Assembly: GCA_965649765.1 (NCBI GenBank)
Contig: OZ287757.1
Span: 30,504,001 to 30,568,000, forward strand
Reading direction: 5' to 3'
DNA: 64,000 bases
Origin: Bispira polyomma
Taxonomy: Eukaryota
The position numbers were made by a program, and so were the translations under genes. The notes beneath the pieces are model-generated. The model had not been told where the DNA came from. It made no database searches and was given only the letters and a program-made list of their open reading frames with translations. Below are positions 33,999-47,600 of the stretch, one piece after another. Numbering within the stretch: the stretch's first letter is position 1; each line of letters starts with the position of its first letter.

Positions 33999-35413
33999 TA
34001 ACAGCCATGCATGTGCATAATAGAACAAGATCTAAGCAAAAACATGTCACTCGTAACCTTGAGTTTGGTCACCACATTGTCATTAAGGCAATCATACACA
34101 AATTGGGCAAACCATGTTACATTTGAGACATTACATTTGTTTCCAACATGTCCTCGCCCTTTTCAGAATCAAATCAATATCAGGCTGTGCATATGGTTTA
34201 CAGAGGACATGACATTCAAAACAATATACACAAAATACATTAAAACTTGGTAACAGTTTCATTTATAGTTTTTCAGATTGCTATAGACTTTGTACAAAAG
34301 ATGTGATATTCAAAACAAAAATGTGACATTCCAAACAATATATTCAGGTTACATTAAAATCATTGCTACTTATAATTCACGAAATATAATCTAAACAAGT
34401 TGAAATACTGAAAAGTTCTGCCGGCCTGCCTGGGTAATCTTTGCCAAATCAGACAAAGAAAGTTTGCATAACTACCCCATAAGGTCAACAGTTCTCATAC
34501 ACATAAAATAACTGCCACTTATAGACAAAAAACCTGCCTGGAACATGGAACAACTACCCCACAAAGTCTATAATTGTGGCAACTATGTGGTCGCTGCTTG
34601 TGATAGATACTAACATCCTTTCATTAATAATTATCCCATTCAACTTTCATAACGGAGGATGGCAAACCAACTTACATTATTGTTTTTTGAACATACAAAA
34701 ACTCACACATAGGTTTACCAAAAACTACAAGAATTTGTCTAAAATATAAAGAAATTAGAATGAAATACAAAATACAAAGTTTTACCTTATAACAGAACAA
34801 TTAATTATGTATAATTACCTATCACAATGTCATTACACCACTTATAAAAATAGTTAGATCTCAAGTTTAAGACACACATCGACAAATATTATTGTTACAT
34901 TTTTTTGTCATAATCCCTCGTGAATGTTAATAACTACAGATTAACCGATATATATTTATATATTGCAAAAGTAATTTCAAATTGAAAATAAACATTTAGT
35001 TGTCATATGGCAGACGACAAAGATTTGTGACAAACATTTTTCCAATTGCATGTAATTTCAGTCTTACACTGCAGTACAAGCTTTATGTCAGATAAGACAA
35101 AAATAAGACAAATAAGTCATCAATACCAAGATAAAAGATTAAAACATGTTTATGCCATGGTGCTATGTATCAAGGCAATTTCTCTCAACTCCAAAGTTTT
35201 AGCGGGGTCTGACAACGAAAGTAATACGTTGATATTTATAGTGAGCATGAGTAATTTGGGAAGTTAAATACTTGTGGTCAGCACATCACTAACACATCTC
35301 AAGCACTTCTGTAAGTTATTTAGACTGTTTAACCTCAGAATGTAGTAGATTACAAAATAAGTAGAATAGAACAGTATTTACAGTAATAATGCAAGGCATA
35401 TGTACACCACACA

Positions 35414-35760
35414 TAGCCTACGCTTCCATGTGTCAGATACATATTAGCCAACATCGGCCGATTTATTTTTCATCCAAATACTTCAAGTGTAGCCACTTTT
35501 ATGTGTCAGATAAGATTAGATGTCGGAAAAACCTCTTTTTTTGTTTTTTTTTTCAGTCAGGAGCAAACATATAGACAAATCTGACCCTGGGTGGTTTTTT
35601 TTGTAAAATATGTCTGTTCAAAATGTGATTCCAATAAAATGTGACACAGAGAAACAGATTTTTATCAGCTGTGTGGAAGCATAAATCAGTCGACGTCTGA
35701 CACAAAAACCGATCTATAAATCGGTCGATGTCAGGATCGGTGACACGAAAGTGTAGGTTA
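35414..35760. mobile_element. Probable MITE
   Basis: Imperfect inverted ends (TAGCCTACGCTTCCATGTGTCA / TGACACGAAAGTGTAGGTTA) and internal TGTCAGA/TCTGACA subrepeats. Confidence 0.45.
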
Positions 35761-36555
35761 ACCTACAAGTATGTAAAAAATGTACACAACAAAACTCATG
35801 ATGAAGAATGTCCAAGCAATAGTGGATATAAAATAATACAACATTATAAATCATATTACAAACATCACTGGCATGGGGGAATTTATCCCAATTTTACATA
35901 AAAACAATCAATCTAGCTGATACTCTAGATGTGCCTTTAATGTGAAAATTCAGTCATGCAAATCCATACACTACAAACATTATTTGCAGTAAATACAAAA
36001 ATTCTCTTGGAAATGATTCCTAGTCCAGACCAAGTGATTATTATTATTATTATTTATAGTTTGTTTATATATGCACATACATATGCACATACATATAAAA
36101 ATACTATTTATATTGAAAATAAAAATGCAATTTATATTGAAAGAAACGACAAACAAAAAATTGCATTAAAACAGGAAAGATAGTGTTTAACACAACATTA
36201 TTTGGAATAATTACTATTTGTATTTAAAGCAGAACAATGCTACATATTTACAACATTAAGTACTGCACATTGTACTCAACATTGTTGTTACCTCATTAAA
36301 ATTATAAACACCAACATTTTTATCATCTTTGAACTTTAGAATATCTTTAATAACAATAACGTTTATTGTTTTCTGTCATTTTAACTTAAAATCTCTAATA
36401 TTGACTTGAGGTCTTAAGAACTAAGTTGTTTGCATTGAAACAGTTTTTCTATCATAATGTGGTACAGACGGCCTCACACAGGTTCTAAAATAATTAAAAA
36501 TCATTATAATATTCTGGTATAAATATGCAATGTCATATGATATCTGACCATATGG

Positions 36556-37620
36556 TTAGATTGCTTGTGCTTCATCACAGCAGCAATGCCCAACTCTGAT
36601 GTCTCTGTGACAGCCCCAACGATCTGGTTTGTCAATTCTTATATCACCATAGAGTTGAAGGTCAACATTAAAATGTTTTTTTAAAGATTTAAGACAAGGT
36701 TTAATATACACACCAATGAAACTTGGTCCTTCTCCCAACTTATATGGGGTTTTAGGTGATTTTGCTGACAAAATACCAAGGGCAACCAACTTATCATCTT
36801 TTCCTTTGTAGAAGATTAAGGCACCACTGTCTCCTTGCTTTGCAAATGGTATGTCAGGATCAATACTTTGCACTAAAAATGCATTACCAAATTGACCTTT
36901 CCAGTTCAGCCCAAATGGACGCTTCACTATCCATCCTTCTGTTTGACCCGTCTCGGCACCTATCTTGTATACATTTCGCCCATGTGTAACATTTTCTGCA
37001 ATTAGCTCTGTTTTACAATATTCATGGATTTTGTGCTCATTCTTAAGATTAGGCGCAATCTTCATCATTGCTACATCCAAAAATATGGGCTTCTCCCTAA
37101 TTTTTTCACATAATGTTAAACCTGAACTGCTGGTGGCTAGAAGAATGGTATCTCTGGAAACAGGAGTACCCTCTGTGTGTGTTTGGCATGCCTCTGATGA
37201 AATATATCTTCTTTCCTTAGTCTCCTTTTGTCTATTAGAGTTTAATACATGCTGTGCTGTAATTCCAAAAATTCCTCTTTTTTTACATTTAGCAAAACAT
37301 GCAAGACTTCCGTCAAATGTTTCTGTAAAATTATTTTCAAGAGTATCGCTGTTTTCTTTGAAAACTTTGCATGCTTTATTATGCTGAATAGTTTTAACTT
37401 TAGAACCCCTCTTAATGTCACACTTCTTTTTGTTTAAAAATTCAACAGAGAAATTGTCTTCTTCAATGTCAAAGTATGACTCTTCATCTTTAAAGTGTTC
37501 TTGGATATATTTTTTGGCTTTTTCTGTAAATCCTGATCCAGTTTCGATGCCTATTTGTATCCGCCCTTCATGTTTATAAATGTAGTTAAAACATTTAGGC
37601 CTATCGCTGAAAGTAAACAT
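36556..37620 (-). CDS. Trypsin-fold (clan PA) serine protease domain without the disulfide pattern of secreted trypsins; likely the terminal exon of a larger host gene
   Basis: Intact triad: GITAQHV (His), LDVAMM (Asp), QGDSGAL (Ser). VYKIGAETGQTEG motif resembles alpha-lytic/NAL1/Ssy5-type proteases. Confidence 0.85.
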   Translation of the reverse strand: MFTFSDRPKCFNYIYKHEGRIQIGIETGSGFTEKAKKYIQEHFKDEESYFDIEEDNFSVEFLNKKKCDIKRGSKVKTIQHNKACKVFKENSDTLENNFTETFDGSLACFAKCKKRGIFGITAQHVLNSNRQKETKERRYISSEACQTHTEGTPVSRDTILLATSSSGLTLCEKIREKPIFLDVAMMKIAPNLKNEHKIHEYCKTELIAENVTHGRNVYKIGAETGQTEGWIVKRPFGLNWKGQFGNAFLVQSIDPDIPFAKQGDSGALIFYKGKDDKLVALGILSAKSPKTPYKLGEGPSFIGVYIKPCLKSLKKHFNVDLQLYGDIRIDKPDRWGCHRDIRVGHCCCDEAQAI

Positions 37621-38642
37621 ATATTCATAAACATAACTATCAGAGCAAAATTTGCACGAGAAGCATGAACCTGGATTACAACTTGATTTCTTTTAATCAA
37701 TACTTCTTTAACTTAAACCTCTGATCTATGAAAGGATAAAACAGTGGTGTGTATCCAGCAGGCGAGTATTTTTATAAAATACCTTTTCTTGAGATATTTT
37801 AATAGATTGTTTTTACTGTAAGTAATTATTTTGCTTCTCTTGCCTAATTTTGGCTTGTCAGAATCACTTTTTAAACTGTTTTAATTTTTCTATAATACAC
37901 TATTGCATCTTCTTCTCAGAATCATGGATGGACTGAAACTTTTCTCAATGGACCACTCACAGAAATCCACACTTGTACTTTAAAATAAAATAAATAAACG
38001 TGATGTGTTTTCAGGGAAATTTTAATACATGTATCTGTACCACTGCTCTTCTGGAGTTATTTAGTAAAAGTTACAATGCAAATATCAACTGTTGTTTTAC
38101 TTCAATCTCAAGCTTGACTCTGCAAGATAGTAAGATGAAAATTCAACCAAAACAGTATATTTTCCGATAAAGTGATGCAAAATGCAAGTGGAAATATTTT
38201 ATGTTTATTATGTTTTATATTCCTATTGATTTGTACAAATAAAACAAGCTTGGTTTAACTTATAGTAGGTCATGTATGCTTATGCTGTAGAGATAAAGTT
38301 TTACCAATTATGGTTGGCACCTCTGGTAAAAGGTGCTTGTCTATTGTTCCATCAGGCCTTATATTATTTGCCACAATAAAGTACAAGCCTAATGACTTTA
38401 TTTTAACAATTGCGAAATGTTTAAAGAAAACAATAAACAAGAACGTGGTTTAAACATATCTTCTGTAAAAATGGTATGATCTTGAGATAGTCACAGATCA
38501 AATTAGGTCAATTAAAAATGTTTCTAATGGTATGTTATTGCAACGTCCACTGTGACAGCATTATAATTATAACGAGGGGTAAGCTTATATATATTTTGTG
38601 AAAGGGTTAAATAATGTGTTTGCTTTACAAAAAAGAATTTAC

Positions 38643-41600
38643 CTCTGAGTCATCATCTTCGTCACAATGTCATCTATGTTATTATCTTCTAAATCTAAAA
38701 ATGAGTATTTGTCTAAGTGTACATTATCTATTTGGTGTAGCAACAATTGCCCAGAACAGGTAAGCTGCATTTAGTTACTTAATACCTAGCTCTTATTTAA
38801 AAGAATGGGTGCAATAAATCTATCACCGATTCATCCATGATGGTTAGCCCCACTACTAGGCGCTCAGTTTCATAACATTTCAGAAAAGTGAGGATTAGTA
38901 GCTCTGTCACAAACGTTTCAAACTGTCCATAAATAGCATCACAGACTTGCAATCTGTGGCGGCTTAGGGGGGAATTCTGACTTTATAGGAATAGTAGTTA
39001 CTTCTCTGATACCCATCCTTTCCAGTAACATGAATTTGAACCCTGGTCCAAATAATGGAACTATTGGTCCTCCTTGATGCTAGATGAATTTCAACTGCAC
39101 CAATGGTAGATCGATCTAGAACAAGGGTCCATCCTTCATCGACCTGACAGACACTCCCTTTTTTCATTACAAAAATTAACTTTTCATTACAAAAATTAAC
39201 TTGCAAAAAACCTGTCAACCTATAAGTTACCCCAAAGAAGAAGAAATGTCTATCTGGATGTCTACCTAAAAGTTAAATAAAAAAATATCGTCTGTCAATT
39301 AACCTATAAGTTACCAAAATATTTATCTTGCTCTTTGTCGACCTGCCTACCTATAACTTGCAAAAGAAATTATTGGTCAACCTAAAAGTAAAATAAAAAA
39401 ATATTACTTGTCGACCTGTACCTGGGGGGGGGAGGGGGGGTGTTCCCTTGTTGTCGGCTGTATGTAGTCGATAATAATTTTGAAATATCTCGCAGCAGGT
39501 AAGGGCAAGAGTATGGGGACCACAGCAGACTTCCGGATACGAGCTAAAATTTCCGTTTTTGGCCGTTTTTAATTAATTTTGTAATTGTGGTTTCTGGAAC
39601 TTTATTGTTTCGCAGAACTCACTTTTATTATCCTTATATGGAAGTTTGTATTTTTGGGTATTCTCCACAATCAGTTGATTGTTCAATTGGTGACTGTGTA
39701 CTTGCGGTTTCGATAGAATTCTTATTATATGCTGTAAAAAAAGCAAAAATTTATCAATTGGTTCTATGTGAGGTTATTAATAACTCCAGAATTGATAAAG
39801 TTAAAAATATGATAAAAATTTGTCGAAAAAGATTATTATTTTATTGTGATTGCTATGGTTTTTGTTTCATCAGAATCTGTTGAGAAACGGAGATATTTAA
39901 GTTTAAAAACGGGTACCCATATTCACTTTCTGGTTTGATGACGTATATTGTGATGTTGCTGCAAAACTGACGTCATTATGATGTTGCTGTAGTAAAAGAA
40001 GGGTAAAAGGAAATGGCGGTACCACAGTATATATTTTACATGGCATCGAGTGACTGGGAAAATATTACCGGAATTAGACATAAATACAACACAATTTGAT
40101 ATATTTCCAATCATACCGCAGGTATGACCTACATTTTAAAGATAGAATTTAATAAATAACAGATTGTAGAATAATGGTTGTTCAGTATAAAATTCACAGA
40201 AGTGAAGTGAGATTTGAACTTAAGAAATGGTCAAAATGAATTAATACTAAGCTTAAGGTGGGGAAATAACAGAATATTCGTTTCTAGACCCATATCTGTC
40301 CATTCATACCAAAAACAGCCGCCTAGGACGCCGGCAACTCCTTAAACGCTCTTGCATATTAATAGTGTGAATATTAAAAATAACAAGCAGCAAACATACA
40401 TCAGTCTGCCTACGGAAAACCTCATTCAACTGAAAAGGCACACTTGTACATATGTAATGACATTGAACTGGCTCTTGATGAAAGGTGCAGTTAGGGCTTT
40501 GACACTTCTGGACCTGTCAGCAGCTTTTGATACCATTTACCACACCTTCTTAAAATACATTTGGTTTGGCATTGCAGACCTCCTCTTGGAATGGATTGCA
40601 CCATACCTTGCCAATACAAACCAAATAATAAAAATTGATACACATCTATCTATTCCTTTTAATGTACCTTTTGGAGTTCCCAGGGATCCATTTTGTTAGC
40701 CCTCCTATTTATTCTTTACACCTCTCCTTTTTAACAAACTCAATATGAAAAATCACATTTATACCGATGACACCCAAATTTACATATCATTAATGGCAAA
40801 CACTGAAAAAGATCAGCTCAGCATTGTTGCCAGATATCTCAACTCTATCCAAGATTGGATGAATTTTGCCAAACTCAAACTCAATCCTAACAACTGACTT
40901 TATACTAATTGACATGAACGTGAATCACTGTTTCCTATTAACCAACAAGGCAATGAAGTACTCCCAGTTGATCAAGTAAAGTATTTGGGTGTCACTTTTG
41001 GATAACTTGTTTCCTTCAACGATCATCAATCTGATGTACTTCGGTCTTGCTATCTCTATATTCGCAATCTCAAGAGAAAGAGAAAACATCTATCCCACCA
41101 ACCGCTATAGTAATAGAAAATGCACTTGTAGTCAGTCGATTTGACAATTCTGTGATTTTTTGACTAAAGAAGAAATTGAATTTAAAATGTTCAATTCTAC
41201 CTATATATTTTCAGTTACAACTATGTTTACACCAGTTCAAGCATATTTCACTACTCTGACTAATTTTTAAAATAAGTGTAAACAGCATGAATTTAACCGT
41301 TTTATTTGGTCTAAATTACCTGAATTAATTCTGTCAATAAGAAATGGTTGTGAAGCAAGCTAATGTGGTTCCAGTCGAATGCCATGATTTACTCGTTGGA
41401 TAAAACTTTTTATCACTGCCTAAAATTCAACTCTTCAATGAATAACTCTATGGTCATTGATCCTTGCAATTGACTGGTAGCACCAGATGAGGTTTTCTAA
41501 CTGTATAATGAGTCATTGTGAACTAATGCCTAATCACAGAACAATCCAAGTTTTCACTGTGTCTGTCATTTTCATCTTTGTGTTTATGAAAGTTTGAAGA

Positions 41601-44600
41601 GGTAATATTTTCTTAATTCAAAGAATATTGACTTAAAATTAAGTTGCTTGTGGTACCAAGGAAAGGAAACTATGGTAGCTTTTTACAATGCATTTTACCC
41701 TGATATTTATTCATTAAAAATATTACCTGAAGCCGTGCTTGAGGTATCACTTTCTACACCCAGTTCTGTGGTGTTATCATCTGTTTACAAACAAATAATT
41801 GATGTACCAAGTAATATGAAATGCAACTAGGACAGTAACTGTGTATAAATAAGACAATTCATTCGTTAACCATTAAATACCTAGGTTACTGGCAACATTT
41901 GATATCCTTATAGAAATTTAAATATGTCAATGAAACCATAGTAAAATTGTTAAATAAAATGTTGCAGTAGCAGTACAGCCGTATCCTAATTGCAATATTG
42001 GTGCAAGACCAGAGTGCAACACAGGAAGCAGGATACAATGCATAGCTGAGATGAGAAGAGTGGAATAAAATCTTCTATTCCAGATGTTTTGAAGGAACTT
42101 GTCACAAAATTCAGAGTCCACTTTCAGGTTTCAATGGATGCCATAAATCACTTTGATAAATACTTTTACCAATATGTTACAAATTACACAGTGATTACTT
42201 GTTGACTTACATATATAATATAACCTTGATATTTTCTTGATGGTATTATTAGAAGCAGAACAGTTCTGTCTCCAAAAATATTCTCTAATTATTACATGGT
42301 TGTCTGTGTTCACTACAATGTGCAATATCATAGGAAGTAAAACAACTATACATATAAGTAGAATGGTTTCATGTTACTTCAGAAGTTGCATAGGATAATG
42401 TTTGTCAGTAGCTGTGTATGTCTATATATAGGATGTTTGAAATAGAATTCTTTTGTGCGATTGCATGTGAACTAATGTCTACTCACGCAACAATACGGGG
42501 TCACTGCATCTATCATTTGCACCTTAGTGTTTATGAAATTTTGAAGAGGTAATATTTTCTAATTAAGAGAATATTGCCTTAAAATTAAGTTGCTTGTGGT
42601 AACAAGGAAAGGAAACTAGCTTTTTACAATGCATTTTGCCCTGATATTTATTCATTAAAAATATTACCTGAAGCTGTGCTTGAGGTATCACTTTCTACAC
42701 CCAGATCTGTAGTTTTATTATCTGTTTACAAACAAATAATTGATGTAGTAAATAATATGAGATTTAACAAAAACTGCAACTGTGTATAAATAGGACAATT
42801 CATTCATAAACTATCAAATACCTAGGTTACTGGCAACATTTGAAATCTTTATGCATAATTGCAATATTGGTGCAAGCCCAAAGTGCAACACAGGAAGCAG
42901 GATACAATGCATAGCCGAGGTGAGAAGAGGGGAATAAAATCTAGCATTCCAGACGTTTTGAAGAAACTTGTCTCATAATTCAGAGTCCACTGTCACGTGT
43001 CAATGGATGCCATGAATCACTTTAATACATGTTTTCACCAATATGTCACAAATTACACAATGATTGTGCATTGCCTTACATATATAATATAACCTTGATA
43101 TTTTCTTGTTGGTATTATTAAAAGCAGAACAGTTCTGTCTCCAAAAATATTCCTTGATTGTAACATGGTTGACTGTGTTCACTACAATTTGAAGAATATC
43201 ATAGGAAGTGCAAACAACTATACATATACTTAGAATGGTTTTATGTTAGTTAAGAAGTTGCAGAGGACAATGTTTGTCAGTAGCTGTGTATGTGTATATA
43301 TAGGATGTTTGAATTAAAAAAAATGTGTGCGATTGAATACTTTTGTCAGGGTATACAGAGACTGATACAGCCAGGCTTCAATGTGTTGCTCTAATATAGA
43401 ATAAATTAACAATTTGAAGTACCTGTGACCGGATCTGACTGATCAAAACCTCCATCCTTTTTTATTGGTGTCACTGGAAGAAAAACATCACCTGTTACCA
43501 ATATAATCTTAGTCAGTGTAATGGACTGTAAAATATTATCACTGGAGTTATTAACTGTTAACATATTATTAAACTGGTTTAAAGTGACTTCAGAATACAA
43601 GCAATACATGACATTTAAATCCTTAAATATCTTTGATTGTCGATACTTAAAAATAATCCAGTGCCTAGATATAGGGATAAAATTGGTAATTTAGTTAAGT
43701 TCAATTTTAAAGAATTGAATTTAATTGAATTTAAAATGTTCAATTACACCTATATATTTTCAATTACAACTAAAAGTACATCAGTTCAAAAATATTTAAG
43801 TACGCTCCAATTACAAGTAAATACTCAATTAAAACTTTAATTGAACACAACCCTAGTATGGAAAATAGTGTGTCCGGTGCTGGGCTCAAATTCTTTGCAT
43901 ATTTCACATTCTTTTTTGTTATGAATGACTGTTTATCATTATTCTATTTTCCCTTTCAGGAATCTTGGTGCATATTTTGATGAAAACATGAACATAAATG
44001 ATGTTGTAAAGAGAAAAGCTGCTTCTGTTCAAGGATAATTGAGAAAGTTGTATAGAATCAGAAAGTTTCTTATATTTGATGCATGTAAATCACTAGTTCA
44101 AACTCTTGTAATATCGTGCTTAGTCTCTTGCTTGGTAGTCTACTGCTTGGTAGAAAAAGGCAAATATTCAACATTTAAAAATACTCCAGAATACCTCAGC
44201 ACGACTAATATATCAAGCTAGTTCAAGAACAATGCTCAAAAGTATCTAATCAAGCTACATTGGCTACCTGTAAATGAATGTGTTCTATTTTGTAATTTGA
44301 CATATGTTAAAAATGTTTGAAAAATGATGCTCCATCTTACTTATCAGAACTGTTGCACCTCTATTAACCAAATCAGACTTTAAGATCAAAAACCGATAAC
44401 AACCTACAGAAACATCTATTACGATCAAACACATCTACACAATCATTAAAATTAGCCATACCAAGAGAGTGGAACAAATTACCTGCACATAATGCTAACT
44501 GATCAAAACCTCCATCCTCTTTTATCGGTGCCTCTGAAAGAGAAACATCACATGTTACCAATATAATCTTAGTCAATATATTGGACTGCAAAATGCTAGC

Positions 44601-47600
44601 ACTGGAGTTAATAACCGTGGATATTTTATTACACTGGGGTAAAGTGACTACAGAATGCAAGCAAACTTAACATCCAACTCCTTAAATATATGTGATTGTC
44701 GATCTACTTCACAAATTATCCAGTATCCAGATATAGGGATAAAATTGGTAACTTGCTTAAATTCAATTATAAATAGTTGAGTTCAATTGAATTAAAAATG
44801 TTTAATTACACCTATATATTTCAAGTTACAACTATAGCTACACCAGTTCAAAAATATTTAGGTACGCTCTAATTATAAGTAAATACTCAATTAAAACTGT
44901 AATTGAACACAACCCTGGTATGGAAAATAGTTTGTCCTTATATAATTAGAATTGTTTTGGGTTTGTTCAGAGGACAATGTTTGTCAGTAGCAGTGTATGT
45001 ATATATATAGGATGTTTGAAGAAAAAATGTGTGTGATTGCTAGGCTTCAGTCTGGTGGTCTAATATAGAATAAATTAACAATTTGAAGTACCTGTGACCG
45101 GAAGTGACTGATCAAAACTTCCATCCTTTTTTATTGGTGTCTCTGGAAGAAAAACATCACCTGTTACCAATATAATCTTTGTCAATGTAATGGACTGTGA
45201 AATATTATCACTGGAGTTATTAACTGTAGATATCATTAAAATGGGGTAAAGTGACTACAGAATACAAGCAATACATAACATCCAACTTCTTAACTATCTG
45301 TGATTGTCGATCAACCCGACAAATTATCCAGTGCCTAGATATAGGGATAAAATTGGTAATTTGGTTAAGTTCAAATAATAAATAGTTGAGTTTAATTTAA
45401 TTTAAAATGTTCAATTATACTTATATCTTTTCCGTTACAACTATAATTACACCAGTTCAAGAATATGTAAATACGCTGTAATTACGAATAATTACTCAAT
45501 TAGAACTGTAATTGAACACAACCCTGGCATGGAAAATAGCGTGTCCTGTGCTTGGCTTAAATTCTTTGCATGTTTTATATTCTTGTTTTCTGTGAATGAC
45601 TGTTCATCAATATGTCACATGTAAATACAATTTTCACTTTTGTTAGTTTTATTAAATTAATCTTTTGGTTTTCATGAAACAATCATTACACAAAAGTTAT
45701 TACCACAGAAAGATAGAAGTTGTTGTGTATATTAACAAATGAAAAATTTATATAGCCCTGGCCAATATTTAACACTGTGGCATACTGCATTTTTTATTAG
45801 GCTGTTTGAGTTTATTTAGTTAATTACAGAAACAGAGTACCTAATCTCGATTAGGCTGTATGAAAAGCATGTTGCATTAAACTGGGTCAAATATCTCAGA
45901 TATATACACTCAAAGAAAAGCTAATTATTCGACAAAAAAGTGCCCTTTTCAAGGGACGCTAAATTAAAAATACAGTTTGACTTTGAGAAATTTTTAAAAC
46001 ATGTTGTATTGTTGCATATTTCTATATTGTTTGTGCATAAATAGCTGGCTGCAAACGAAAAACCCCAATTTAGATGATGTTGATTATGGAGTGTTGTTTC
46101 GTCTTTCATGCAAATTTAGATAATTTTATTGTATTTTGGACATAATTGACTTCACCAGGAGTCTGGTCTGTTGCAACGAAAAATCATAACACTACCTAAG
46201 TCAACCCCTTAGTATCCACCATCTAACTAAGTAACCACTCCAAACAATAGGCGGAAGTCCATTTTCTTCATTACAAAATTGTAGTCTCTATCCCCAAGAA
46301 GATGTTGCAAACCGAGGGTCAGGTCATAACCATGTTAGGAATTCATAGGAATTTTACTTACAAAACTTCCAATTACAATGTTCCTACTAATTCCTAACAT
46401 TTGCTGAATACAGCCTTGATAGACTCTGGGGGAATCCTCTTCTCCATCCAACAGATCTATATTTGTACCTGTAGCTTAGAACTTAGGTAGTGTCCCAAGC
46501 TACAGATATCTAACACCATAATTCCTCAAAATATATGTAATGATATTTTAGAAAAGCAGTGTCGTACCATTAAGGGTAATAGAAAGTAATGGTCTTTGGT
46601 TTAAAATCTGCACTGTACAAATATAGAACCATCTGCAAACTTGTAGCAATATGTAGGTGAGACCTATTGCACTTCTAAGGAATCTTGGTGCATATTTGGA
46701 TGAAAACATGAACATAAATTATGTTGTAAAGAGAAAAGCTGTTTCTGTCAAACGATAATTGAGAAATTTGTATAGAATCAGAAAGTTTCTTATATTTGAT
46801 GCCTGTAAATCACTAGTCCAATATTTTGTAATATCGCGCTTAGACTATTGCAGTAGTCTACTGCTTGGTGCAAAAAGGTGAATATTCAACATTTAAAAAG
46901 ACTCAAGAATACCACAGCACGATTAACATATCAAGCTAGTTCAAGGGACAATGCCCAAGAGTATTTAATCAAGCTACACTGGCTACCTGTAAATAAACGT
47001 GTTCTATTTCGTAATTTGACATATGTTAAAAATGTTTCAACAACGAATCTCCATCTTACTTATCAGAACTGTTGCGCCTCTACAACCAAATCAGACTCTA
47101 AGATCAAGAACAGATAACAAGCTTCGGGAACATCTATTTGGATCCAACACATCTACACAATCATTTAAATTAGCCATACCAAGAGAGTAGAACAAATTAC
47201 CTGCACATAATGCTAACTGATCAAAACCTCCATCCCCTTTTATCGGTGCCCCTAGAAGAAAAACATCACATGTTACCAATATAATCTTAGTCAATGTAAT
47301 GGACTGCAAAATATTATCAGGGGAGTTATTAACTGTGGGTATTTTATTACACTGGGGTAAAGTGACTACAGAATGCAAGCAAACATAAAATCCAACTCCT
47401 TAAATATATGTGATTGTTGATCTACTTCACAAATTATCCAGTACCCAGATATAGGGATAAAATTGGTAACTTGCTTAAATTCAATTATAAATAGTTGAGT
47501 TTAATTGAATTAAAAATGTTCTATTACACCGATATATTTTAATTACAACTAAAAGTACACCAGTTCAAAAATATTTAGGTACGCTTTAAGTATAAGTAAA

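Noticed and set aside
39490-40135. Possible non-autonomous DNA transposon sharing a short internal motif with the 33.6-kb MITE
   Set aside because: No convincing TIR or TSD pair.
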